From: Clostridia bacterium
Lineage (GTDB): Bacteria > Bacillota > Clostridia > Oscillospirales > CAG-272
Direction: 5' to 3'
DNA length: 64,000 bases
Assembly (NCBI GenBank): GCA_017454675.1
Contig: JAFTCN010000037.1
Coordinates: forward strand, 27,573-91,572
Part shown: piece after piece, positions 28,651-37,234 of the stretch
Layout of the letters: every line of letters starts with the position of its first letter
Position numbering within the stretch: position 1 is the first letter of the stretch
Program-made: the position numbers and the translations under genes
The notes under the pieces: model-generated
Databases searched by the model: none
Seen by the model: the letters and a program-made list of their open reading frames with translations, nothing else
Told to the model about the DNA's origin: nothing

Positions 28651-30168
28651 TCAGTCCTTGGCCAGCTTCATTCTTGCGGCGTGGCTGGTCCACCAGTAGC
28701 CGTTCGTGAAGCTGTCGTAGCTGCTCTGCGTGTGCAGGTATACGGTGAGAGAGGTGGGAGCGCCGGCGAATACGTTCGGGGAGACCTCGAGCGAGTCGGG
28801 AGTTTCGCTTAAGATGTGCACCGAGTAGAGAAGGGTGCAGCCGTTGAACGCCCCGTCCTCTATCAGCGTCAGATTGTCGCGGACCGTCAGCGACGACAGC
28901 CTCAGGCAGCCCTTCAGCGCGTTCTCGCCGAGGATGATGACTTTCCTTCCCTGTGCCATCACCGGGATCTCGAGCGACTCGAGCGACGACGCCTCGGGCA
29001 GGGTGCCGGTGATCCTCATGCCGTCGCCGAAGGCCTCGTATGTGAAGTACTTCTCGAACGGATCCTCGGTGTATTCGCCGCCCGGGGCAAGTGTCTCCGC
29101 CGGCTTTTTGCCGGGGGGATCGGGCCTGTCGAGCACGAGAACGTCGGTCCGTCCGATCTCGCGAAGGATGCCGTTAACGAGGTTCATGGTGTGGAGTCTG
29201 ACTCCGGCGTCGTTGAGGTGGTAGTTGGTGTCGTAGAAGTACCCCTTGTCGTAAACGGAGTCGGCAGGGCTGCCGAGGACGGTGCAGTCGATATTCTCGC
29301 ACACGAAGCGGTAGAAGGCCTCTATCGAAGCCTCAGACGTCCCCTCGGCGAGGGCGGCCCGGTTCATCGGGCAGAAGGCGAAGAAGACCGTGGCGCCTCT
29401 GTGCTTTATCCTGTCGATATAGTCGTTGAGGTAGTCGAGGAATTCTTCATCGAAGATCGAGGGATCGAGCCGGATAGGCTGCGAGCGGTCGTATTCGAGT
29501 GTCATGACGTTGTATTCGCGGGGATATGATATGTCGCCGTACGCGTTGAACGAGTCGCGGCGGTATATCCCGTTCGGCGAGATGATCTCACCCTTCAGAG
29601 CGTAGCTGTAGCGTTTGCCGAGGTAGTCGAAGAGCCCTCCGGCGAGATCGCCTGCGTTGTCCCTCCCGACATGGAAGAGCATAGACATGTCTCCTTCGAT
29701 CGCCTGCCAGGCCGATTCGGCGTTGAAGTACAGCGATAGTGTCTGTTCGTCGAGTTCGGGCGCGATGACTACTATGTCGCCGCTGTTCACGCCGCTCTCG
29801 GAGAGGTCGAGCATGATCTTGGTGCTGAGCGTCGCGTAGAGTCCGAAGTTGACCGCCTTGAAGCCGGTAGCTTTCTCGATCTCGGCGGAGTCGAGCCCGA
29901 AGGCCACCGACGAGCCGCCGATAACCGTGATCTTTTTGTCGTCGGTCCCGGTCTGCAGCCTGTATTTCTCAGCCATCTCGCCGAGGAAGGTCTCGGAGTA
30001 GACCTTCGGGAGGAAGATCAGCGAGCCTGCGACGAAGAGCACGGGGATGAGCACCACCGCCAGCAGGACCAGCGCCGTGACGAGCGGGCGGCAGGCTTTT
30101 TTCTTCCCGGCTGACGGGGTTTCTTTTTTCATTGTTTCTGTGTTTTTCACTTTATCTGTCACTGTCAT
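28651..30168 (-). CDS. Membrane-anchored DltD-like (SGNH-fold) acyl-transfer protein with C-terminal BspA-type leucine-rich repeats
   Basis: ORF 28651..30240. Likely start is ATG 30168 (or 30132). One N-terminal TM. VIGGSSVAFG and YDTNYHLNDAG motifs. LRR run LESLEIP...LSSLTV...IEDGAFNGC. Confidence 0.65.
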   Translation of the reverse strand: MTVTDKVKNTETMKKETPSAGKKKACRPLVTALVLLAVVLIPVLFVAGSLIFLPKVYSETFLGEMAEKYRLQTGTDDKKITVIGGSSVAFGLDSAEIEKATGFKAVNFGLYATLSTKIMLDLSESGVNSGDIVVIAPELDEQTLSLYFNAESAWQAIEGDMSMLFHVGRDNAGDLAGGLFDYLGKRYSYALKGEIISPNGIYRRDSFNAYGDISYPREYNVMTLEYDRSQPIRLDPSIFDEEFLDYLNDYIDRIKHRGATVFFAFCPMNRAALAEGTSEASIEAFYRFVCENIDCTVLGSPADSVYDKGYFYDTNYHLNDAGVRLHTMNLVNGILREIGRTDVLVLDRPDPPGKKPAETLAPGGEYTEDPFEKYFTYEAFGDGMRITGTLPEASSLESLEIPVMAQGRKVIILGENALKGCLRLSSLTVRDNLTLIEDGAFNGCTLLYSVHILSETPDSLEVSPNVFAGAPTSLTVYLHTQSSYDSFTNGYWWTSHAARMKLAKD

Positions 30169-30178
30169 GCCTCCGCCG

Positions 30179-31693
30179 TCAGAACTGGAAGTAGATGAAT
30201 GAGCTGGCGCCGTCGCCGACGAGCAGCAGCATCCAGGCAAGGGCTATGACCCAGACGATGTAAACGTATCTTGTCCTCGACATCACGAGGCCGTCCGATG
30301 AGTCGGTCCCGAGTTTCGTTATGTCGAGCCGTCTCATGACAAGGAGCGAGAGCACCGCCGTCACGGCGGCCGTTAGAGTGAGCCCCATGTGCTCGAAGGT
30401 GCCGGTGAAATAGTCCGCGGAGAAGCTCCAGTCGGTGAAGAGCTTGGGTATCATGATGGCGAGCGCCTTGAAACTGCTCATGCCCGAAACGCTTCCGGCT
30501 CTGAAGAACACCCAGCCGAAGCAGACCAGCACGAAGGTGTTGAACCGCCTCAGATATTTGACGAATTTCGAGTCCGCGCCGATCTTAAGGGCGTTCCACA
30601 TTTTATCTCTGGGCTTCTGAGTGAAGAAGCCGATAACCTGATAGAGACCGTGCATCAGGCCCCAGATCACGAAGGCCCAGTCGGCTCCGTGCCACAGTCC
30701 GGACACCAGGAAGACTATCACGATGTTGAGCATGTGGCGCCATCTGGCGCAGCGGCTGCCTCCGAGAGGGAAGTAGATGTAGTCGCGAAACCAGGATGAC
30801 AGCGAGATATGCCATCTGCGCCAGAACTCCTTGATCGAGCCCGATATGTACGGCCGGTCGAAGTTCTGCATCAGACGTATGCCCATGACCCTCGCGCAGC
30901 CGATCGCGATGTCGGTGTATCCGGCAAAGTCGCAGTAGATCTGGAAGGCGAACATGACGGTCGCGATGACGATCCCGAGCCCGTTGGCGTTCTCCGGGTC
31001 GTTGTAGACCGAGTTGACGTACGGTGCCAGCAGGTCGGCGACGGCCACCTTTTTGAAGAAACCGATGAGCATCATACGCAGGCCGGCAGTCGTGTCGCTC
31101 CACTGAGGCCTGTAATCGGCGTGCAGCTGCGGCAGCAGGTTCTCTGGCCGCTCGATCGGGCCGGCGACGAGCTGCGGGAAGAACGATACGTAAAGCGCGT
31201 AATAGCCGAAATGCCTCTCTGCCGCGATGTTCCCGCGGTAGACGTCGATGACGTATGACAGCGTCTGGAAGGTGTAGAACGAGATGCCGACGGGCAGGAT
31301 CAGATCGAGGATCAGCGGGTCGGACGGCGATTTGCGGAAGATGTTGACGATGCCGGTCACCGAGCTCGACAGGAAGTTGAAGTACTTGAAGAAGAAGAGC
31401 ACGCCGAGCGACGCCGCGAGCGTCAGCACGAGGAGCCATTTCTCCCTCCTTCCGTTAACGGTCTTTCCGTCGCCGGTACTGTGCTTCTCATGCTCCTTCT
31501 CGATGAGTATAGAGCTGAAATACGATACCGCGGTGGTAAAGAGGATGAGGAAGACGAGCCTCGGATTCCACGAGATGTAGAAATAGTAGCTCGCTATCAG
31601 CAGCGAGATCCACCTGTACCTGTGAGGCAGCAGGAAATGGATCAGCAGCACTACCGGATAGAAGATAAGGAATTCGAACGAGTTGAATACCAT
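30179..31693 (-). CDS. MBOAT-family membrane O-acyltransferase (AlgI/DltB/PatA-like)
   Basis: 504 aa, multi-TM. EFWRRWHISLSSWFRDYIYFPLGG and SGLWHGA conserved-His motifs. Confidence 0.88.
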   Translation of the reverse strand: MVFNSFEFLIFYPVVLLIHFLLPHRYRWISLLIASYYFYISWNPRLVFLILFTTAVSYFSSILIEKEHEKHSTGDGKTVNGRREKWLLVLTLAASLGVLFFFKYFNFLSSSVTGIVNIFRKSPSDPLILDLILPVGISFYTFQTLSYVIDVYRGNIAAERHFGYYALYVSFFPQLVAGPIERPENLLPQLHADYRPQWSDTTAGLRMMLIGFFKKVAVADLLAPYVNSVYNDPENANGLGIVIATVMFAFQIYCDFAGYTDIAIGCARVMGIRLMQNFDRPYISGSIKEFWRRWHISLSSWFRDYIYFPLGGSRCARWRHMLNIVIVFLVSGLWHGADWAFVIWGLMHGLYQVIGFFTQKPRDKMWNALKIGADSKFVKYLRRFNTFVLVCFGWVFFRAGSVSGMSSFKALAIMIPKLFTDWSFSADYFTGTFEHMGLTLTAAVTAVLSLLVMRRLDITKLGTDSSDGLVMSRTRYVYIVWVIALAWMLLLVGDGASSFIYFQF

Positions 31694-31709
31694 GCGTCTC
31701 TTCCTCCCA

Positions 31710-31952
31710 TCAGATCAGCGCCGCGAGCAGCACCAGCATGAAGACCGGCAGCATTGCCTCGGTCCCCGCGCCGATGACGATCAGGTATATGAAGAGAGCC
31801 GCGCCCGCGGCGGCGGCAAGCGCCGCCGCCACGTATCTGTACACCGGGCGAAGATCCTTCTTCCTTTTTAACACCGCCTCGGCCGCAAGGGACAGCAGCG
31901 TGACTCCGAGCAGCACCGCGACGGGAATGATGTGACTGAGGATTGTTTCCAT
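31710..31952 (-). CDS. 80-aa two-TM membrane protein immediately upstream of the MBOAT gene
   Basis: AAGGA RBS 8 nt upstream. Two hydrophobic helices separated by KRKKDLRPVYR. Confidence 0.55.
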   Translation of the reverse strand: METILSHIIPVAVLLGVTLLSLAAEAVLKRKKDLRPVYRYVAAALAAAAGAALFIYLIVIGAGTEAMLPVFMLVLLAALI

Positions 31953-31981
31953 AAAGAGGTCCTTTTCGGCTTCGTCCGGAC

Positions 31982-34048
31982 TCAGCCGCCCTTCTTTAAC
32001 TGAGCGATGATGTCTCTGCAGAGGTTCTGGGTCCTGATCGTCTGCCCTGCCGTGTTTATGTGCCAGTTCGAGTTGTAGGAGTACTGGCGGGCGAACTGGT
32101 AGTCAGCGGGCTTCGAAATGATCGTAACGTGCAGGTACTGCTTCACGGCGTCGATATAGGTCTGCTGGTCGGATCCGCCGTCGGTCTGGGCCGCCTTGGT
32201 CAGACAGGTCTTGACGACCGCGGGGAAGGTGAAGTAGACTCTGGCTCCGGCAGCTTTGCACATGTCGTAGACCCGGTTGATCTCTTTGTTGTACGTTGAG
32301 TTCTTTATGTGCGCCGCGCCGGCGGAGTAGGTCTGCGAGCCGTATCCGCCTCTGTCGTCATAGCCCTGGAGAGTGGTGTTCCAGGACGATGTGGCACCGA
32401 CCTTGCCAAGCGCGTAGTCGCCCCACGCGTTGACTGTGTCGGTGGTGAACGTCTCGTAGGGCCGTCTCTTGGCGTTTGCCTGTGACGAGTTGAACGAAGC
32501 GAAGGTCGAGAAGAGATCGGGATAGTGTCTCGTGTCTATGTAGCTGATGTATTCGTAGGCTCCCTCGACCATCGACCACTGGGTGTTTCCGTACCATCCG
32601 CTGTAGCCGAACTGGTTCTTGTATATCTCGGGAGCGACGACCAGGATGTCTCCGGGGTTGCAGAAGTGCGAGATGACCTCTATGAAGAACATCTGGCAGT
32701 TGTTGGCGTTCTGGCCGAAGTTGATGACGCTGTATTCGTAGCCGTTTTCCGCCATCAGCTGCTCCAGCATCGGGGCGTTGAGGCCGTATGCGACGTTCGA
32801 GCCGGCCACGACCATGATCTTCCTGCCTTTGGCGAGCTGCAGGTATTCCATCTTGACGCAGTATGTGCCGTTCCTTCCGGTGAGCGTCGTGGGGAAGTGA
32901 GCCGCCATGATCCGGAGCTCCGAGAATTCGGGGCAGTTCGTCACCCAGTTGTCGGGCATCGAAGTCACCGTGTCGTGGAGATAGAGCCGCTTGAACGACG
33001 GGCAGCTGAGCACCGCGGACGCGGAGACTTTCTTTACCGTCTTGGGTATGACAAGAGTCTCGATATCGCGCGAGGCGATGCAGGCGCCGGAAATGGCTGT
33101 GACGGGATATCCGTCGATATTCTCCGGGATCACGACAGTTTTGTCGTTGCCCTTGTAGGAGAGAACGGTTATCTGGTTGGAAGACCTGCTGTACGAGAAG
33201 TCGGACGCCGGGGTCTCGGGCACCCATACGCAGTAGAGAGATACGGCTCCCCGCTCAGGCATTATGATGTTCCATCCGGGGGCGTAGTATTTGCCGCTGC
33301 CGTCGGACGCTGTGTTGTATCCCAGCAGCTGGTAGCCCTCTCTCTTAAAGTAGTTCTCGTCGGGAAGGGCGTTCGGGCAGCGGTAGGGAACTTCGGTCTT
33401 GGGGGGCGCGGCTGAGTAGTTGACTGTGTGCGTCACGCGCTCGGTGCGCATCGAGCCGCTGTTCGTCGAGGCGTTCACGCCGCCGTTCGGATGGTAGTAG
33501 ATGATCCACTGGCTGCTCGGGACCGCCGCCGTCTCGGCGGGATCGATGAAATTCGCGTACACGGTCAGCGACGAGGAGGCTGAGAACGAGTACACGGGGG
33601 AGGTCGAGACGATCCTGCCGCCCGATGAATAGGGCTTGCCGACCGACCAGCCTCTGAAGCTGCTGTTGTTGGTGATGGCTGAGGCGCTGACGTTCGAGCC
33701 GGGAATATAGAATCCGCTTCCGCCCATGACGTAGCCGAGAGCGCTCTCTGACGAGAGGAATTCGATCTTTATCGCTGCCTTCTTATGGGCCTCGAATTCG
33801 ATCTCGGTGTCCTCGAAGACCTCTCCCAGCCTGACGATGCCGTCCGTGTAGGTCGCGCCTCCGGTGACGTATCCGAATTCATAACCGTTTTCCACGGTCA
33901 CGGGGAATTCGGCGGACTCGCCTGATATGACGGTCACCGTCGTTTCGCCGGACGCGAGCGACGCGCCGTCCGAGAGCTTCAGCGTGACGGTGTATTTCCG
34001 CTGAGTGAAGTTCGCGAAGATCCGGGTGTCGCCGTCGAGAGTGAACAT
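31982..34048 (-). CDS. Downstream fragment of a large surface protein: B-repeat modules, BspA-type LRRs and a C-terminal DltD-like domain
   Basis: 688-aa ORF with no signal peptide of its own. Its C-terminal 294 aa are paralogous to the N-terminal domain of 28651..30168 (KIMVVAGSNVAYG, GDILVVAPE, YNSNWHINTAG). Confidence 0.6.
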   Translation of the reverse strand: MFTLDGDTRIFANFTQRKYTVTLKLSDGASLASGETTVTVISGESAEFPVTVENGYEFGYVTGGATYTDGIVRLGEVFEDTEIEFEAHKKAAIKIEFLSSESALGYVMGGSGFYIPGSNVSASAITNNSSFRGWSVGKPYSSGGRIVSTSPVYSFSASSSLTVYANFIDPAETAAVPSSQWIIYYHPNGGVNASTNSGSMRTERVTHTVNYSAAPPKTEVPYRCPNALPDENYFKREGYQLLGYNTASDGSGKYYAPGWNIIMPERGAVSLYCVWVPETPASDFSYSRSSNQITVLSYKGNDKTVVIPENIDGYPVTAISGACIASRDIETLVIPKTVKKVSASAVLSCPSFKRLYLHDTVTSMPDNWVTNCPEFSELRIMAAHFPTTLTGRNGTYCVKMEYLQLAKGRKIMVVAGSNVAYGLNAPMLEQLMAENGYEYSVINFGQNANNCQMFFIEVISHFCNPGDILVVAPEIYKNQFGYSGWYGNTQWSMVEGAYEYISYIDTRHYPDLFSTFASFNSSQANAKRRPYETFTTDTVNAWGDYALGKVGATSSWNTTLQGYDDRGGYGSQTYSAGAAHIKNSTYNKEINRVYDMCKAAGARVYFTFPAVVKTCLTKAAQTDGGSDQQTYIDAVKQYLHVTIISKPADYQFARQYSYNSNWHINTAGQTIRTQNLCRDIIAQLKKGG

Positions 34049-34141
34049 GTACTCCGGGTTCGACGTCAGCAGTCCGCCGCCGGCGGAGAGGGGATAGGTG
34101 AGGGAGTATCCGTCGAAGGTGTAGCCCCTGTTGGTCTCCGC

Positions 34142-35113
34142 CTACAGCATGACTTCGGTGCCTTCCCAGCCGCTGCTCTGAGCGGGGGATCTCTCGACCG
34201 TTCCGGCGTTCTTATCGGTCAGCGTGACGTCGAGCGAGTATTTTGCGAGCATCCTCGTGCCGATCTCGAGCACGGTGGGGCCGGTGACTCCGGTGACCGT
34301 GAGGAGGCCCCTGTCGAGCGTCGTGTTGTCGGGGATCGACGTGATCTCGAAGCCCTCTTTCTCCTCGATCACGAAGAAACCGCTCTTTCCGAGAGGCAGA
34401 TCGATGACCGGGACGGATTTGTTGAGTATGCCGTCGTTCGGGAGCAGCGTCACCGGCGCCGAGGTGCGCAGGAAATTGGCATATACGGTGACGCTGTCGC
34501 TCGGTCTGTAGTTGAATATCTTCGATTCTGAGATGACCTCGCCGCCTTCGGAGGCCGGCTTGCCGGCCGTGTAGCTCACGAAGGAAAAGTATTTCGCTGG
34601 CTCGGCGATGAGCACCGCCTCCTCGCCTTCGGTCAGGACGGTCGGTGTGCATATGACGGCCCCCGCGGCGCCTCCGGTGCCGTCGCCGTAGTCCGATACC
34701 GCCGTCTCTATCTTGCAGGTGCGGAGCGGCCGGCTCTCTATGATTACGGTCGAAGGATAGCGGACGCCGGTGAGCTTTATCTTCCCGTCGGATATCTCGG
34801 CGCCTTCGGGAGCTATTATGCCGTCGAAGGTGTATCCTTCCTTCAGCGTGTACTCGAAGGTGACGTCGCTTCCTCCCGGAACGTATACGGGGTTTTCGGA
34901 ATCGACGGTTATCCCGTCGGTCTCGGCAAGCAGTACCTTGATCATGTCAGGGTCGCTGCCGGTGTGCCGCCGCTCTATCCCGACTGCGTTCGAGACCCTC
35001 TGTATGAGGGGGTACGCTCCGCATCCGGCTGACACGGCGGCGCAGACGGCGAGCAGGACCGCAAACAGAACGACTGTCATGATCCGGCCTGTCTTTTCCG
35101 TTTTGAACTTCAT
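34142..35113 (-). CDS. Upstream fragment of the same surface protein: lipoprotein signal plus Ig-like B-repeat modules
   Basis: Lipobox VSAGC, and repeated modules of about 75 aa ending in VYANF. Ends at a TAG that is in frame with the 31982..34048 ORF. Confidence 0.6.
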   Translation of the reverse strand: MKFKTEKTGRIMTVVLFAVLLAVCAAVSAGCGAYPLIQRVSNAVGIERRHTGSDPDMIKVLLAETDGITVDSENPVYVPGGSDVTFEYTLKEGYTFDGIIAPEGAEISDGKIKLTGVRYPSTVIIESRPLRTCKIETAVSDYGDGTGGAAGAVICTPTVLTEGEEAVLIAEPAKYFSFVSYTAGKPASEGGEVISESKIFNYRPSDSVTVYANFLRTSAPVTLLPNDGILNKSVPVIDLPLGKSGFFVIEEKEGFEITSIPDNTTLDRGLLTVTGVTGPTVLEIGTRMLAKYSLDVTLTDKNAGTVERSPAQSSGWEGTEVML

Positions 35114-35200
35114 TTCTTGATTGCTTACAAAGAGGTGATTACCGTTCAGGTCTGATCTGACCCGTGTGATCTCTGAGGGACTGCGGCGTGAGAAATCCGC

Positions 35201-36718
35201 TCAGGCGAGCTTGTCCATCTCTTCCCTGAAGGATCTGAGCTTGGAATCCCAGACCTTGGAAGAAGCCTTGAACTTGATGCTGGTCTCGCCCATGTTGGTG
35301 ACGATGTCGCGGCAGGTCGAAAGGATCGACACGCCGTAGTTGCCGAGCATGAAGCCCATGTCGCAGTAGTAGGATCCGCGGATGATGCCGAGCGTGGTGA
35401 GCGATTCGACGTCGCGGACGACCTGGCCCTGGATGAGGACCTCCATATAGGTCGGCATGACGCTGAGATATGACTCATAGGCGATGTCCTCGATGATCGC
35501 GCTGACGTCTGCGGTGTTCTGGACCGAAACGGGTACCGCCATCGTGGCGCCTATGTTGGCCTGCATGTGCACGGCGTAGTTCTCCTGCTCCTCGTTGGCC
35601 TTCGGGATCGGAAGGATGCCGAAGTCGGTCTCCTTGGAGCGCAGCCTTTCGGCGCACTTGAGGTTTCCGATCCAGAAGAGGGCGCGGTCGGAGGTGATGG
35701 CCTGTTCGGTCCAGTACTCTCTGGCCTCGGTCGCGGTGCTGGTGCGGTCGACGAGGAACATTCCGTTCTCGACGGAGCAGAGGTCCTTGACGCCGTCGAC
35801 GATGTCGTAGAACTGTTCGTCGACTACTCTGAGCTCGGGATAGCCCTCGTCGTTGGCGGATACCATCTGGAAGCCGCTGCCGCTGATGAAGCAGTCGACG
35901 CAGAAGTTGTTGGCGATCATGCCGAGCCTGTCGTCCTTGGTTATCTTCTGGTCGCCGTCGAGGTCGCCGGTGATGCCCTTGACGATGTCGCTCATGTATT
36001 TATAGGTCCACTTGCCGTCCTCCACGACCTTGTAGAGGTTGTCGACGTTGAAGTCTTTCGCGACCTTCTTGTTGAAGATGGCGCAGGGGGTCGCGCCGAA
36101 CGCGTGGACGTTGGCGTCGGAATACGCGAAGTAGTTCTTGTCCTTGAGGGTGCTGCCGGAAAGGAGTCCGGAGTACCAGTAGGGCTTCTCGAGGTTTATC
36201 TTCGGAAGGTTGTCGAAGCTCTGGAGCATGCCGGTGACCGCCATGGTCATCGAATAGGTCTGGTTGGCCTCGACAAGGTGATAGGACTCCTCGCCGCTCT
36301 TGTAGGACTTTTCGACCGTGTCCTTGATGGCGGAGTCGTAGTTGTAGTCGGCCTTGACGACGAGTTTGTGCTTTTCCTGGATCTTGGCGTTGCGGTTGTA
36401 AACGGCGTCGTTGAGCGTGCTGCCGTTGAGGGCCTCGGCCTTGAAGTCGAGGTTGGGCTCAAGCTCGTTGCCGTTGTAGAGGATCAGGAACTCGGCGTCG
36501 TTCCAGTTGACAGAGGGGATACCGGGGTCGTAGGAGACTTCGGTGGTCTCCGCGGGGGCGGCGGTATCGGCACCGGAGGCCTCGGCCGACGAGGAATCGG
36601 GCGTGCCGGTGTCCGGATTTCCGCAGGAGACGAGGAGCTCCGCGCAGAGCGCGAGGAGCAGCATCAGTGCGGTGACGAGTACGGCTTTGCCGTTGCGGTT
36701 TGCTTTTCTGGTTTTCAT
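35201..36718 (-). CDS. Large extracellular solute-binding lipoprotein (ABC SBP family 1-like), with no permease genes adjacent
   Basis: ORF 35201..36757. I prefer the ATG at 36718, after AAAGGAAA. Lipobox LVSCG. About 500 aa. Confidence 0.65.
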   Translation of the reverse strand: MKTRKANRNGKAVLVTALMLLLALCAELLVSCGNPDTGTPDSSSAEASGADTAAPAETTEVSYDPGIPSVNWNDAEFLILYNGNELEPNLDFKAEALNGSTLNDAVYNRNAKIQEKHKLVVKADYNYDSAIKDTVEKSYKSGEESYHLVEANQTYSMTMAVTGMLQSFDNLPKINLEKPYWYSGLLSGSTLKDKNYFAYSDANVHAFGATPCAIFNKKVAKDFNVDNLYKVVEDGKWTYKYMSDIVKGITGDLDGDQKITKDDRLGMIANNFCVDCFISGSGFQMVSANDEGYPELRVVDEQFYDIVDGVKDLCSVENGMFLVDRTSTATEAREYWTEQAITSDRALFWIGNLKCAERLRSKETDFGILPIPKANEEQENYAVHMQANIGATMAVPVSVQNTADVSAIIEDIAYESYLSVMPTYMEVLIQGQVVRDVESLTTLGIIRGSYYCDMGFMLGNYGVSILSTCRDIVTNMGETSIKFKASSKVWDSKLRSFREEMDKLA

Positions 36719-36817
36719 GTGTTTCGATTTCCTTTCCGAAAAACATTGATTTTTCAAATCGTGGGGTACGGCTCTCCCGCGCGCGATGCGCGGGAAACAT
36801 TTAGCGATATATGAGAT

Positions 36818-36846
36818 ATTATACTATAAAACCAGCCGAATTGCAA
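36818..36846 (-). promoter_or_regulatory. Sigma-A promoter for the SBP/MBOAT operon (TTGCAA-N17-TATAAT)
   Basis: The reverse complement reads TTGCAAttcggctggttttatagTATAAT. Confidence 0.65.
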
Positions 36847-37150
36847 GAAATAAGAGATGTAAAAAACAATATCCGCGCCGGGGAGTAAAAAAGGGCGCCC
36901 GTGGAACTGTACCGCGGGGCGGGAAAGGGTCGCCCGGGGCGGGGAGGGTCAGCCGGCGTTCGCGTCTGACGCTCTGCCGCACGCTGCCCGGGTGCCGGCC
37001 GTATCCGGCGGACTGATATCCTCTTTCAAGGGAAAAGAATCGGAGACAGGGGTCTTGGCAGGATGAGCAGAGTAAGGAGACGGGAAAGGAAGTTCGGAAC
37101 GGAATGCAGGGGAGCGGAAAAGATATTTCATCCGCGCGGACCGAAAACAG

Positions 37151-37179
37151 TTGAAAAAAGGAGCGTTTTGTGATATATT
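37151..37179 (+). promoter_or_regulatory. Sigma-A promoter (TTGAAA-N17-TATATT, TG extended -10)
   Basis: TTGAAA at 37151-37156 and TATATT at 37174-37179. The leader has hairpin ccgcgg ctgg ccgcgg. Confidence 0.55.
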
Positions 37180-37234
37180 ATAAATATCGGACCGCGGCTG
37201 GCCGCGGGATACGGGAGGCTGACAGAACAACATC

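Larger units (their letters stand above)
31982..35113 (-). pseudogene. Single reading frame of about 1043 codons interrupted by one in-frame TAG (34142..34144); pseudogene, assembly error or read-through gene
   Basis: 35113-34048 = 1065 = 355 codons, so both ORFs share a frame. The 31 codons between the TAG and the next ATG have no stop and continue the repeat module (AETNRGYTFDGYSLTYPL...). Confidence 0.55.

Noticed and set aside
34142-34144. Pyrrolysine or global TAG reassignment as the explanation for the in-frame TAG.
   Set aside because: No pyl genes or tRNA(CUA) are present in the window, and TAG appears to function as the normal stop of metI (45801-45803). This cannot be excluded genome-wide, so it is kept only as a check in the finding.
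37063-37173. 36-codon basic ORF (MSRVRRRERKFGTECRGAEKIFHPRGPKTVEKRSVL) in the long divergent spacer.
   Set aside because: It has no convincing RBS, it runs into the -35/-10 of the MBL-gene promoter, and its composition looks like chance translation of purine-rich DNA.
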